Positions 1 to 9,239 of a stretch of 64,000 nucleotides of DNA are shown in pieces (positions within the stretch are counted from its first letter, which is position 1; each line of letters opens with the position of its first letter). Under the pieces are notes generated by a model. The model was given only the letters and a program-made list of their open reading frames with translations. It ran no database searches and had not been told where the DNA came from. Location of the stretch: contig CAYGRO010000004.1 in assembly GCA_964352335.1 (NCBI GenBank), positions 42,970 to 106,969 on the forward strand. The letters are read 5' to 3'. Both the position numbers and the translations under genes were made by a program. The DNA comes from an uncultured Gammaproteobacteria bacterium (GTDB lineage Bacteria > Patescibacteriota > Patescibacteriia > VMEV01 > CAYQCH01).

Positions 1-1
1 G

Positions 2-1273
2 ATTGCTTTAGGCTGGGATTGTCCACGTGCAACAATATTAGTGCTTTTTAGACAATGGACTGATAGTAATATTACATTTTCTATTCAGACGTTGGGCAGA
101 ATTATGCGCATGCCTGAACAAAAGCATTATTCTGACGACCGATTAAACAAGGCTTATTTGTATACCAGTTTACCTGACATCGAAGCTAGGATAGAAAAGA
201 GTGATATGAAAGGCGATATTAAGCCTTATAGGAGTACCAGAATTGACTCTTATAAGCCCGTTGACCTTGTTTCATACCATTCCAAGCGTTTTCGAGAAGA
301 AACACGTCTAGCATCTGATTTTGTTCCAATATTTGCTCAAGCCTCGGATGAAATGAATCTGAAGAAAAAAGTATCATTTGACTATACTATTCCAGTTACA
401 CAACTGATTGCGAGTGGAATAATTTCTGACACGGACAAAGAGGGGCATACAATTGAGCACGACAAAACTTTAGATCTCAAAAAGAATGAAGTAGAGCTTC
501 AAAGAGCTTTTGATTTGTTTGTTAGAGAAAATCTTGCCCCATTTTACCCAGAACAACGGTCAATTAAGCGTATAAATGAATCAATTTATGCCTATTTTGG
601 TGCTAGAAGAGATGAAGACAGGTGGGCTGAAATTCAAGCAGTGGTCTTGGCTGATGAAAACAAACAAGCAGTCATTGACGCTATAACCCGTGCAAAGGAA
701 CTCTATCAAGATAAAATAGGCAGAGGAAAAAATGAGCTCGTTGAGAATGATGAACTTTGGAATATCCCTGTTTCAATGTCTTTTGACACAAGTCATCAAG
801 AAAAGAAGTATAAAAAATCTGTGATGCTACCTTATTATGCTCCACAAAAGTTGAAAGGCCCACAGCAGAAGCTTCTTGAGGAAGACAGTGCGATTGAAGT
901 TAGGTTTATTGAATATCTTGAAAAAGCAAAAGATGTGGTTTGGTGGTATAAAAATGGTTCAAGTGATGCTACCTATTTTGCGGTCCCTTATGCCGAGCAT
1001 GAAGTCGATAAGCCCTTTTATGTTGATTTCATAGTAAAAATGAAAGATGGTAAGATTGGTTTGTTCGACACTAAGGGAGGGATTACTGCAGAAACTGCAA
1101 AGTATAAAGCTGAGGGGCTTTCTAGCTACATCAAACAACAAAATAAGAAAGGAATGAAGCTTTTTGGTGGGGTAACCATTCAAGACGGCAAGAGTTGGCG
1201 ATACAATGATGCTGATGAGTACGTCTATAATCCAAACGATTTCAAAGATTGGAAAATATTGCAGATAGGATAA
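2..1273 (+). CDS. C-terminal part of a helicase-domain restriction endonuclease subunit (type III Res-like), 5'-truncated by the window edge
   Basis: Frame 2 is open from nt 2. Helicase motif VI QTLGRIMR lies near the N-terminus of the visible part. A PD-(D/E)xK-like nuclease signature follows downstream: PFYVDFIV...GLFDTKGG. Confidence 0.5.
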   Translation: MALGWDCPRATILVLFRQWTDSNITFSIQTLGRIMRMPEQKHYSDDRLNKAYLYTSLPDIEARIEKSDMKGDIKPYRSTRIDSYKPVDLVSYHSKRFREETRLASDFVPIFAQASDEMNLKKKVSFDYTIPVTQLIASGIISDTDKEGHTIEHDKTLDLKKNEVELQRAFDLFVRENLAPFYPEQRSIKRINESIYAYFGARRDEDRWAEIQAVVLADENKQAVIDAITRAKELYQDKIGRGKNELVENDELWNIPVSMSFDTSHQEKKYKKSVMLPYYAPQKLKGPQQKLLEEDSAIEVRFIEYLEKAKDVVWWYKNGSSDATYFAVPYAEHEVDKPFYVDFIVKMKDGKIGLFDTKGGITAETAKYKAEGLSSYIKQQNKKGMKLFGGVTIQDGKSWRYNDADEYVYNPNDFKDWKILQIG

Positions 1274-1290
1274 GTTTTAACGGTTTAACG

Positions 1291-1320
1291 ACGCTAACGG
1301 CTACAGTTAGCGTTTTTTTG
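1291..1320 (+). terminator. Rho-independent terminator
   Basis: Stem acgctaac/gttagcgt with a 7-nt loop, followed by a T7 run. Confidence 0.7.
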
Positions 1321-1329
1321 TGTTGACGT

Positions 1330-1512
1330 TTGAAACGAATGATGAGAAAATTATTGCCGTAAAAGTCCTTTAACATGTTAGCGGGGCACGGAGAGGCCAC
1401 ATTCGCTTGGTTACTCAACCTTTAGCTCTCTCGGGAAGAATCTGAAGATCAGGTTTTTCCTGCGGGAGTCAGCTTTAAAGGTCGGGTTCCCGAATAAAGC
1501 GAATTAACTGGA
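1330..1512 (+). promoter_or_regulatory. Candidate structured 5' leader upstream of the DUF1508 gene
   Basis: A 180-nt gap richer in GC than its flanks. It has nested complementary segments (tcgggaa...ttcccga) and a TTGACG -35-like hexamer at 1323-1328. No known riboswitch consensus was recognised. Confidence 0.2.
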
Positions 1513-1515
1513 CTG

Positions 1516-1698
1516 ATGTTTATGTTTAACAGGTTTCAAATCTATAAGGATCGTGTAGGCGGTTTCCGTTGGAGATTGCTTGCTCGAAACAATGAGATTG
1601 TTGCTGTCAGCGAAGCCTATACAACCAAGTATAGTGCCGAGCGATCAGCAAAACGTGTTAAAGCAATTGCGAATTCTGCAGTAATTAATTACTCATAG
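1516..1698 (+). CDS. DUF1508 (YegP-like) small protein
   Basis: The KDRVGGFRWRLLARNNEIVAVSEAYTTKYSAE pattern is typical of YegP/DUF1508 repeats. Confidence 0.6.
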   Translation: MFMFNRFQIYKDRVGGFRWRLLARNNEIVAVSEAYTTKYSAERSAKRVKAIANSAVINYS

Positions 1699-1846
1699 TC
1701 TCGTGATTGTTCCTCGCTAGCATTTTAAAGGGCTTTTCTATATTTTTATAAACGTTCTCCAAGCTTACCAGATCAAAACCTTTCAGTTCCCCTATGTCCA
1801 AGCCAAAACAATACAATACATCCTCTTCACCATCTCCATCACCCTC

Positions 1847-2158
1847 TTGATCACCGCTTTTCTCTATGGCCAAAAACTAGCAAAAACCCAACTAACCTCA
1901 ACCCTCCAAACAGGAACAGAGATAGAAACACAACCACAACCACTACTCACCCCAGAAGAAAGAATCAGCTCTTTATCCATCCCACTCTCCCAATCAACCC
2001 AACAACGAGCCGAGCTCTCAACCTATATCGAAAACCACCAAACCTTCTTCCTCCGCGACAAATACGAAGAAGTGATAGATGAAGTTGGGGCCAATGGGAA
2101 GAGCCATGGAAAACCCCACTCTGTGAACAAAGTGTGGAAAACCAATTATCTAGTTTAG
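1847..2158 (+). CDS. Hypothetical T/Q/S/P/L-rich protein; uses a TTG start in the ORF track
   Basis: 103-aa ORF within a strongly G-depleted + strand segment. No recognisable domain. Confidence 0.2.
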   Translation: MITAFLYGQKLAKTQLTSTLQTGTEIETQPQPLLTPEERISSLSIPLSQSTQQRAELSTYIENHQTFFLRDKYEEVIDEVGANGKSHGKPHSVNKVWKTNYLV

Positions 2159-2279
2159 ATAAGCCTTTTGATTTATATCTATAGTCGACCCTGCACCTTT
2201 TTCATTCTCTAAAACTGTGCTATTGTACTTAAAGATAGCGCCGTCCAACAAGATACGGCGTTATTTTTATATCTACTTT

Positions 2280-4463
2280 ATGTCAGAAAATACCACGAGT
2301 TTAGAAACCGTTTTAAAAACCTATTTTGGGTATGATTCTTTTCGATCACATCAAAAAGAAATCATTGAATCGGTCCTAAAAAAACAAGATAGCATTGTCC
2401 TCATGCCAACCGGGGGAGGGAAATCGCTTTGTTTTCAATTACCAGCTTTATGCTTGCCGGGTTTAACATTGGTTGTCTCTCCATTGATTGCGCTCATGAA
2501 AGACCAAGTAGATTCTTTAAATGCCAATGGAATTCCAGCTGTTGCCATGACAAGCGCTATCGATTTTGATGAATTAAAAACTATTGAGCGCGATTTAATC
2601 GATGGGCAATACAAATTACTGTATATTGCTCCCGAACGATTAAAAAACTTTTACTTTCGAGAATTTTTGCAAAGAGTTTCTGTCAGCTTAATCGCTATTG
2701 ACGAAGCCCATTGTATTTCCGATTGGGGACATGACTTTCGACCAGATTACAGAAACCTTAAAGAATTACGGCTTTCGTATGCAAAAATTCCTTGTATCGC
2801 TTTAACGGCAACCGCGACACCTCAAGTACTGGCTGATATTGAACAACAACTTTGTTTAGAAAATGCCAATACCTTTGTAACAAGTTTTAATCGAGAAAAC
2901 TTGTCATACCATATTCATTCTAAAGACCAGCAATTTGATAAATTACTTCATTATCTTAAAAAGCATGAAGACGGATCAACAGTGATCTATCGATTTTCTC
3001 GGAAAGGAACAGAAAGTTTGGCCAAAGATTTACGTGCTGCTGGCTACCGAGCAGGTATTTACCATGCAGGTTTGTCTAGCGATGACCGAAGAAAGGTTCA
3101 AGATGCTTTTATTAAAGACGATTTACAAATAATGGTGGCAACCATTGCTTTTGGTATGGGAATCGACAAACCAGATGTACGGCTTGTTGTCCATTATGAA
3201 ATGCCCAAAAGCGTAGAAGGCTATTTCCAAGAAACTGGTCGTGCGGGCCGAGACGGTTTGCCTAGTGAATGTATTCTCTTTTACTCACCGGGAGATATTT
3301 ATAAACAGAAGTTTTTTATTAATCGGATTACCTTAGAAAAAGAAAAACAACAAGCCCAAAAAAAGTTAGACGAAGTTGCGCAATATTGTGAACTCACCAG
3401 TTGTCGACGTAAATTTTTATTAAACTATTTTGGCGAAGACTATAACCAAGAGAATTGTGAAAATTGCGATAGCTGTTTACATCCAAAAGAGCTGGTCGAT
3501 ATGACGGAATTAGCCAAACATCTTATCCAAACCATTGCAGAATCTGGACAAAGATGGGGAATGGCGCAAATTACGCATATGGCCAAAGGTTCAAAACGTA
3601 AATCGATTAAAGATGCAGGTTTGGACCAATTAAAAAAATTTGGTTGTGCCAGTAATTATTCGCCCAATGAAATTAAATACTATTTAGAACAAATGCTTCG
3701 TAATGGGTATTTACGTAAAACAACAGGGGAGTATCCGGTTATTATGCTTACTCTAAAAAGCAAAGAAGTCTTTACAAAAAATGAACCTGTGCGGTTATTG
3801 CCACTCGAGCAACAAATCGTTGTAGAGTCACCAAAACCAGAAATTTTGCTCGATTATGACCGAAGATTATTCGCTTTATTAAAAGCTTTAAGAAAAGCGA
3901 TTGCCGAAGAAAAAAATGTCCCGCCTTTTATTATTTTTGGCGATACAACTTTAATCGAGATGGCGACTTATTATCCAAAATCTAAAGAAAGTTTATTTAA
4001 GATTAAAGGGGTGGGAGAAGAAAAATTACAAGAATTTGGGGGAGAATTTTTACAATGTATTGCTACTTATACCGAAGCAGAAGATCTACAAGAACAACCA
4101 ATCCCCACAAGGTCAACAACGACCACAACTTCAAGAAAGAAGAAAAAAACACTTGGTGCATCTCACTTAGAAACAAAAGAACTAATCGAATCTGGTTTAT
4201 CTGTGGCCAAAGTGGCGAAGAAAAAAGGGATAGCCGAAAAAACGGTTGTTGCTCATTTAGAAGATTTCATCAAAAGGGGAGAAGATCTTTCTTTTGATCA
4301 TCTAAAAAAGGATGTGCCAAATTTAGAGAGCATTCAATCAGCATTTACCGAATCAGGAAGTCATTTATTAAAACCAGTGTATTTAGCCCTAGACGAAGCT
4401 ATTAGCTATGAAGAAATTCGCATTGCTAGACTTTTTACGCTAAAATTAGGGCAAGAGAACTAA
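2280..4463 (+). CDS. recQ: ATP-dependent DNA helicase RecQ
   Basis: Motifs LMPTGGGKSLCFQLPAL, DEAHCIS and the RecQ C-terminal Zn/HRDC-like region. The start is placed at MSENTT. Confidence 0.85.
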   Translation: MSENTTSLETVLKTYFGYDSFRSHQKEIIESVLKKQDSIVLMPTGGGKSLCFQLPALCLPGLTLVVSPLIALMKDQVDSLNANGIPAVAMTSAIDFDELKTIERDLIDGQYKLLYIAPERLKNFYFREFLQRVSVSLIAIDEAHCISDWGHDFRPDYRNLKELRLSYAKIPCIALTATATPQVLADIEQQLCLENANTFVTSFNRENLSYHIHSKDQQFDKLLHYLKKHEDGSTVIYRFSRKGTESLAKDLRAAGYRAGIYHAGLSSDDRRKVQDAFIKDDLQIMVATIAFGMGIDKPDVRLVVHYEMPKSVEGYFQETGRAGRDGLPSECILFYSPGDIYKQKFFINRITLEKEKQQAQKKLDEVAQYCELTSCRRKFLLNYFGEDYNQENCENCDSCLHPKELVDMTELAKHLIQTIAESGQRWGMAQITHMAKGSKRKSIKDAGLDQLKKFGCASNYSPNEIKYYLEQMLRNGYLRKTTGEYPVIMLTLKSKEVFTKNEPVRLLPLEQQIVVESPKPEILLDYDRRLFALLKALRKAIAEEKNVPPFIIFGDTTLIEMATYYPKSKESLFKIKGVGEEKLQEFGGEFLQCIATYTEAEDLQEQPIPTRSTTTTTSRKKKKTLGASHLETKELIESGLSVAKVAKKKGIAEKTVVAHLEDFIKRGEDLSFDHLKKDVPNLESIQSAFTESGSHLLKPVYLALDEAISYEEIRIARLFTLKLGQEN

Positions 4464-4479
4464 GTTAGTAGATAATTCT

Positions 4480-4683
4480 ATGCAAGATAAACATCAAAGA
4501 AGTTTGGTAAAAGCACTAACATGGCGTGTTATTGCATCTTTAACAACAATGGTGCTTGTCTATATTTTTACAAAAGAATGGAAATTAAGTCTTGGTATTG
4601 GTGTATTAGATGTGAGTATCAAACTTCTTTTTTACTATTTACACGAAAGAGGTTGGAATAAAATTAAGTGGGGGAAGCATTAA
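4480..4683 (+). CDS. Small membrane protein (DUF2061-like)
   Basis: 67 aa with one hydrophobic helix and a conserved KALTWRV motif. Confidence 0.45.
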   Translation: MQDKHQRSLVKALTWRVIASLTTMVLVYIFTKEWKLSLGIGVLDVSIKLLFYYLHERGWNKIKWGKH

Positions 4684-4701
4684 TTGTTTAGACTATTTCA
4701 T

Positions 4702-5184
4702 ATGAAAAAAGCGTATTTTGCCGGAGGGTGTTTTTGGGGGCTAGAAGAATTATTTCGTGAACAACCAGGTGTACTTGCAACCGAGGCTGGGTATACAGGA
4801 GGAGAGAATGAAGACCCAACTTACGAAAACCACCCAGGACATGCGGAGTCACTTGAAATTGAATATGATCCAGCAAAAATTAGTTATAAACAACTTTTAG
4901 ATTTTTTCTTTCGAGTTCACAATCCAACCACATTAAACCAACAAGGAAATGACAAGGGAACCGCTTATCGTTCGGCTATTTTTTTCCAAGACGAAGAAGA
5001 AAAAAAAGAAGCCGAAGATTTTATTAAACTGGTTGATGAATCTAAACGTTGGGAAAACCCTGTGGTAACAACCTTGGAACCTTTCACACAATTTTATCAA
5101 GCCGAAGACTATCACCAAGATTATTTGCAAAAAAATCCGGGTGGATATACTTGCCATGCGATTAGATTCGAAAGTTATTTATAG
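4702..5184 (+). CDS. msrA: Peptide methionine sulfoxide reductase MsrA
   Basis: The GGCFWG active-site motif. Confidence 0.85.
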   Translation: MKKAYFAGGCFWGLEELFREQPGVLATEAGYTGGENEDPTYENHPGHAESLEIEYDPAKISYKQLLDFFFRVHNPTTLNQQGNDKGTAYRSAIFFQDEEEKKEAEDFIKLVDESKRWENPVVTTLEPFTQFYQAEDYHQDYLQKNPGGYTCHAIRFESYL

Positions 5185-5189
5185 TCAGT

Positions 5190-6179
5190 ATGCAATATCC
5201 AAAAACGCTCAATCAGTTTTTATTTGAACACCTCAAAAATCGCCAAGACAAACAAGATCTCATTTTAATGATTTCAGATCTTGCAACCATTGGAAAAATG
5301 ATTTCTGCTAAAACGAATCGAGCAGGGATTATTGATTTACTCGGTTCTACATCAAAAGAAAATATTCAAGGAGAAGATGTGCAAAAATTAGATGAATATA
5401 CCAATGAACTTTGCAAAGAATATTTGCAACAAACCGAACACTTTGCCGCCATGGCTTCGGAAGAAGATGAACATATTGTCGATTTAGAAAATCATGGAGC
5501 ATCGTCAAACTATATCATCGCTTTTGATCCACTAGATGGTTCTTCAAATATAGATGTAAATGCCAGTGTGGGGACAATTTTTTCTATTCATACATTGTTA
5601 AAAGATCTCGAGCGCAATGACGAAAAACAATTTTTCCAAAAAGGACGAGACCAAGTACTCGCTGGGTATTTTGTTTATGGCACCAGTACCCAATTTGTTT
5701 TCTCTGTCGGAAACGGCGTACATGAATTTGTGCTCGACCAAGATATTGGTGAATTCTTTTTAGCCAAAAGCTTTATCCAAATTCCAGATGCCCCAACCTA
5801 TTACAGTATGAATGAAGCTTATTTGCCCTATATGGCTTCTAGTGACCAAAACTATATCAACTGGTTAAAAGCTACTTATAACCCCAAATCTCGTTATATA
5901 GGCTCATTAATCGCCGATTTTTACCGCAATATGATTAAAGGCGGGGTCTATCTTTATCCAGGCTTCGATAAAGAGGGAAATGGCGAGTATCTGCCTAAAT
6001 TACGCCTAAACCATGAATGCAAAGCCATCGCCTTTTTAGCAGAACAAGCAGGCGGACTAGCCATTGACGGTAATCAACCAATTCTTGATATACTACCGAC
6101 ATCACTTCATCAAAGAATTCCACTTTATGTGGGAAATAAGTCTTTAATTGAATCATATTTAAACAAAGCTTATGAATAA
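5190..6179 (+). CDS. fbp: Fructose-1,6-bisphosphatase class I
   Basis: The DPLDGSSNIDVN metal-binding motif and the GSLIADFYRNM region. Confidence 0.85.
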   Translation: MQYPKTLNQFLFEHLKNRQDKQDLILMISDLATIGKMISAKTNRAGIIDLLGSTSKENIQGEDVQKLDEYTNELCKEYLQQTEHFAAMASEEDEHIVDLENHGASSNYIIAFDPLDGSSNIDVNASVGTIFSIHTLLKDLERNDEKQFFQKGRDQVLAGYFVYGTSTQFVFSVGNGVHEFVLDQDIGEFFLAKSFIQIPDAPTYYSMNEAYLPYMASSDQNYINWLKATYNPKSRYIGSLIADFYRNMIKGGVYLYPGFDKEGNGEYLPKLRLNHECKAIAFLAEQAGGLAIDGNQPILDILPTSLHQRIPLYVGNKSLIESYLNKAYE

Positions 6180-7185
6180 AGAATTACTTCATACAATAGC
6201 CAAACAACTCGTTGAGCCAGGAAAAGGAATCCTTGCGATTGATGAAAGCCATGGAACCTGTAAAAAACGTTTTGATGCTTTAGGAGTAGAATGTACAGAA
6301 GAAACACGAAGATTATACCGACAATTACTTGTAACTACTCCCAAAATTGAAGAATCAGTGAGTGGGTATATTCTTTTTGATGAAACGATTCGGCAAAAAA
6401 CAGATAATGGAATTTCATTTCCAGAAATACTGAGAACAAAAGGAGTTTTACCTGGGATTAAAGTTGATGAAGGAAAGATTCAGTTGTCAGATGATTCAGA
6501 AGAAACAGTTACCCAAGGTTTAGAAGGTTTATCAAATCGACTAGAAGAATATAAAACACTTGGCGCAAAATTTGCTAAATGGCGAGCTGCGTTTATTGTT
6601 TCAGAAACTTTACCGAGCGAAGAAGCGATTACACAAAATTGTAAAGCGCTCGCACATTATGCAAAGACCTGCCAAGAAGCAGATATTGTACCAATGGTAG
6701 AACCAGAAGTATTAATAGACGGGAATCATTCAATAGATAGATCAGAAGAAGTAACGGTTCATATTTGGAATAAACTTTTTGAGGCATTAAAGGAAGAAGA
6801 AGTGTATCTTCCTGGTTGTTTATTAAAAACCAGTATGATTATTTCTGGAAAAGATGCACCAAACCGTGCAAGCAGAGAAGAAGTAGCCAAAAGAACCGTT
6901 GATGCATTAAAAGCAAATATCCCTGCAGAATTAGCGGGAGTTGTATTCCTCTCTGGTGGACAAGGAGATGTAGAAGCAACTGAGCATTTAAATTTAATCA
7001 ATCAAGAAAAAGATCTACCTTGGCCATTAACATTTTCTTATGGTCGTTCTATTCAAAGACCGGCCTTAGATATTTGGGCAAAAAATATGCAACAAGTTGA
7101 AGAAGCACAAATGGCATTATTGCATCGCGCAAATGCAAATGCGCTTGCGAGTAAAGGGGAGTATAGTTCTCACTTTGAAAAATAA
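6172..7185 (+). CDS. fba: Fructose-bisphosphate aldolase class I (eukaryote-type)
   Basis: Motifs ILAIDESHGTCKKRF and LLKTSMI. It overlaps fbp by 8 nt. Confidence 0.75.
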   Translation: MNKELLHTIAKQLVEPGKGILAIDESHGTCKKRFDALGVECTEETRRLYRQLLVTTPKIEESVSGYILFDETIRQKTDNGISFPEILRTKGVLPGIKVDEGKIQLSDDSEETVTQGLEGLSNRLEEYKTLGAKFAKWRAAFIVSETLPSEEAITQNCKALAHYAKTCQEADIVPMVEPEVLIDGNHSIDRSEEVTVHIWNKLFEALKEEEVYLPGCLLKTSMIISGKDAPNRASREEVAKRTVDALKANIPAELAGVVFLSGGQGDVEATEHLNLINQEKDLPWPLTFSYGRSIQRPALDIWAKNMQQVEEAQMALLHRANANALASKGEYSSHFEK

Positions 7186-7194
7186 ATTGATCAA

Positions 7195-7226
7195 AAAAAC
7201 AGAGTTACTTACTCTGTTTTTTTTGT
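7195..7226 (+). terminator. Rho-independent terminator after fba
   Basis: Stem aacagagt/actctgtt with loop tactt, then a T8 run. Confidence 0.7.
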
Positions 7227-7324
7227 TTTCCACATATAAAATTTTCTTCACGATAAGGAGTGTGCAATAATAGAGTTGTGTCACAGTCGACACTTCAATA
7301 TAAACCCGAACATGGAGAAATGAT

Positions 7325-8002
7325 ATGTATCCTGAAGAGGAAGTATCAGTTAGTCAGTCTCCTGCTCGGGAGATTGCAGAAAACAAGCCGACCACTGGTC
7401 GCACGAGTCGTGAACTTTTTAAGATCGAGGATCAGCTTCGGTCGGTCTATGACTCGCACCTTAAGCCCTTACTGTTTTTGGAGCCGCAAGTTGTGCGCAA
7501 TGCGCTGGCTCGCAATGGGGTCTTTCTTAGGGATGACCCCGAAGAGGCTCTTCCATTTAGCCACTATGGTTACTATGCCGCAGAAGGCGTTGACCTACCT
7601 ATGTGGTCACATGGTGACAAGCAGTATGACCAGGTTTTGGAGTGCCCTCGACTACTAATCGCTAGCAGGATTCCCTCACAGAAGGAATTTCCTTTTTGGG
7701 GGGCAGCGAAGACGGCAAGTGATCTGGGAAACAAAGAAGGCGTAGCAGAGTTTTTTCATCAAGGTGGCTCCATGCTCTTGGTGACATTAGCTGCATCAGG
7801 TGAGCTCATCTGGGATTGGTCAGACATTGACTCTATTCCCGGTGGTAGTTTCCATGGGCGTCTCGTGCCTGTGAAGTACAGCATTTACGAGTTGTTTCAT
7901 CCTCAATACGGGATTATCACTCGTTTACTCAATACTGTGCGTGGAGTTCAAGACCCACCCACAGAGAAGATCAGTGCTCGCTTCGAGCGATTTTTCTTCT
8001 AA
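7325..8002 (+). CDS. Hypothetical protein in a GC-rich island
   Basis: 225-aa ORF with a GGAG SD 8 nt upstream. Its GC content is clearly above the flanks. No domain recognised. Confidence 0.45.
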   Translation: MYPEEEVSVSQSPAREIAENKPTTGRTSRELFKIEDQLRSVYDSHLKPLLFLEPQVVRNALARNGVFLRDDPEEALPFSHYGYYAAEGVDLPMWSHGDKQYDQVLECPRLLIASRIPSQKEFPFWGAAKTASDLGNKEGVAEFFHQGGSMLLVTLAASGELIWDWSDIDSIPGGSFHGRLVPVKYSIYELFHPQYGIITRLLNTVRGVQDPPTEKISARFERFFF

Positions 8003-8085
8003 CCGACAGTCACGCTTCCAAGCTAACACTCGTCGGTTATACCTTATATAAAAATTTTACCAGCCAAATTATTGTTTGAGGTATA

Positions 8086-8118
8086 ATAAAAATCTTCAGC
8101 CTAGCTGAAGATTTTTAT
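8086..8118. terminator. Bidirectional terminator between convergent genes
   Basis: Perfect 12-bp stem aaaatcttcagc/gctgaagatttt with A/T runs on both sides. Confidence 0.75.
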
Positions 8119-8128
8119 TTTGCTTAAT

Positions 8129-9121
8129 TTAGAGTTGTTTTAAAATTGCTTCTACTTTTTCTACGGATTCTACTTGCATCAATTCAGATCTCGCTTTACT
8201 TGCATTGGGAAATCCTTTGATATACCAACCTAAATGTTTTCTCAATTCCATCATTCCATGATTTCCTTTTTGTTCAAACATCATTTTTGTATGGTTAATC
8301 ACAGTAGACTTTACATACTCCCAATCTGGTTCTTTGTATGTTCCTGTTTGAATATAGTCTTTCATTTGTTGCATAAGCCAGGGTTTTCCCATAACTCCTC
8401 GCCCAATACCAACACCGTCAACACCTGTTTGTTCTAAGACTTCTTTTGCTCGTTCTGGAGTTGTAATTCCACCATTAACTAAAACAATTCGTTCACCAAC
8501 AATTTCTTTAACGCGTTTAATTTGTTCAATATCTAAATCTCCAATAAAACCTTGTTCATAGGTTCGGCCATGAATCATAACCGCTTTAAAATCTAAATCT
8601 TGAATTCTTTCCATCATTTGTACAGCTGTCATTTTTTCCACATCATAAGCATCTCGCCGTTCTTGGTCAGCAAGTTTCATATTAATCCCAGCTCGAATTT
8701 TAATCGACGTAGGGATTGTTTTTGCACCTTCAATTGTTGCTTTTACAATGTCATAAACACGATCCAAATCCGTCATCAGCTTCACCCCAGATCCATGTTT
8801 GACCACACGTTTAGAAGGGCAACCAAAGTTAATATCAACACCATCTGCCCCCATTTGTTCAACAACACTTGCACCATTTTTAAATAATTCAGGGTCTTTC
8901 CCAAAGATTTGGCAAACATAGGGACGTTGTTCTTCGGTAAAATCCATTTGTTTTTTCATTTTTTTAAAGGCATGGAAAATACCGTCAACAGAAACAAATT
9001 CAGAATACACAACATCCGCACCATTCAATTTAAGAACGCTACGAAAAGCTTTATCCGTTACACCATCCATTGGAGCAACAGCAAAAATAGGTTTTGGCAA
9101 TTTTTCCCAAAAGTTATTCAT
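8129..9121 (-). CDS. dus: tRNA-dihydrouridine synthase
   Basis: Motif FAVAPMDGVTDKAFR and a TIM-barrel FMN region. Confidence 0.85.
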   Translation of the reverse strand: MNNFWEKLPKPIFAVAPMDGVTDKAFRSVLKLNGADVVYSEFVSVDGIFHAFKKMKKQMDFTEEQRPYVCQIFGKDPELFKNGASVVEQMGADGVDINFGCPSKRVVKHGSGVKLMTDLDRVYDIVKATIEGAKTIPTSIKIRAGINMKLADQERRDAYDVEKMTAVQMMERIQDLDFKAVMIHGRTYEQGFIGDLDIEQIKRVKEIVGERIVLVNGGITTPERAKEVLEQTGVDGVGIGRGVMGKPWLMQQMKDYIQTGTYKEPDWEYVKSTVINHTKMMFEQKGNHGMMELRKHLGWYIKGFPNASKARSELMQVESVEKVEAILKQL

Positions 9122-9164
9122 ATCAAAAGAATATAACAGAAAAACAGCTGTTTTTCAAGCTTGG

Positions 9165-9215
9165 ATGTCGATATCAACCTCTCCTCCTAGGAAAGGGTCG
9201 GGGAGAGGTAAATGA
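9165..9215. repeat. GC-rich palindrome of the CCTCC-TAG-GGAGG type, 3' of cysS
   Basis: The sequence cctctcctcctaggaaagggtcggggagagg. Confidence 0.5.
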
Positions 9216-9239
9216 GAAGTATTATCTCAAATCTGTCCC

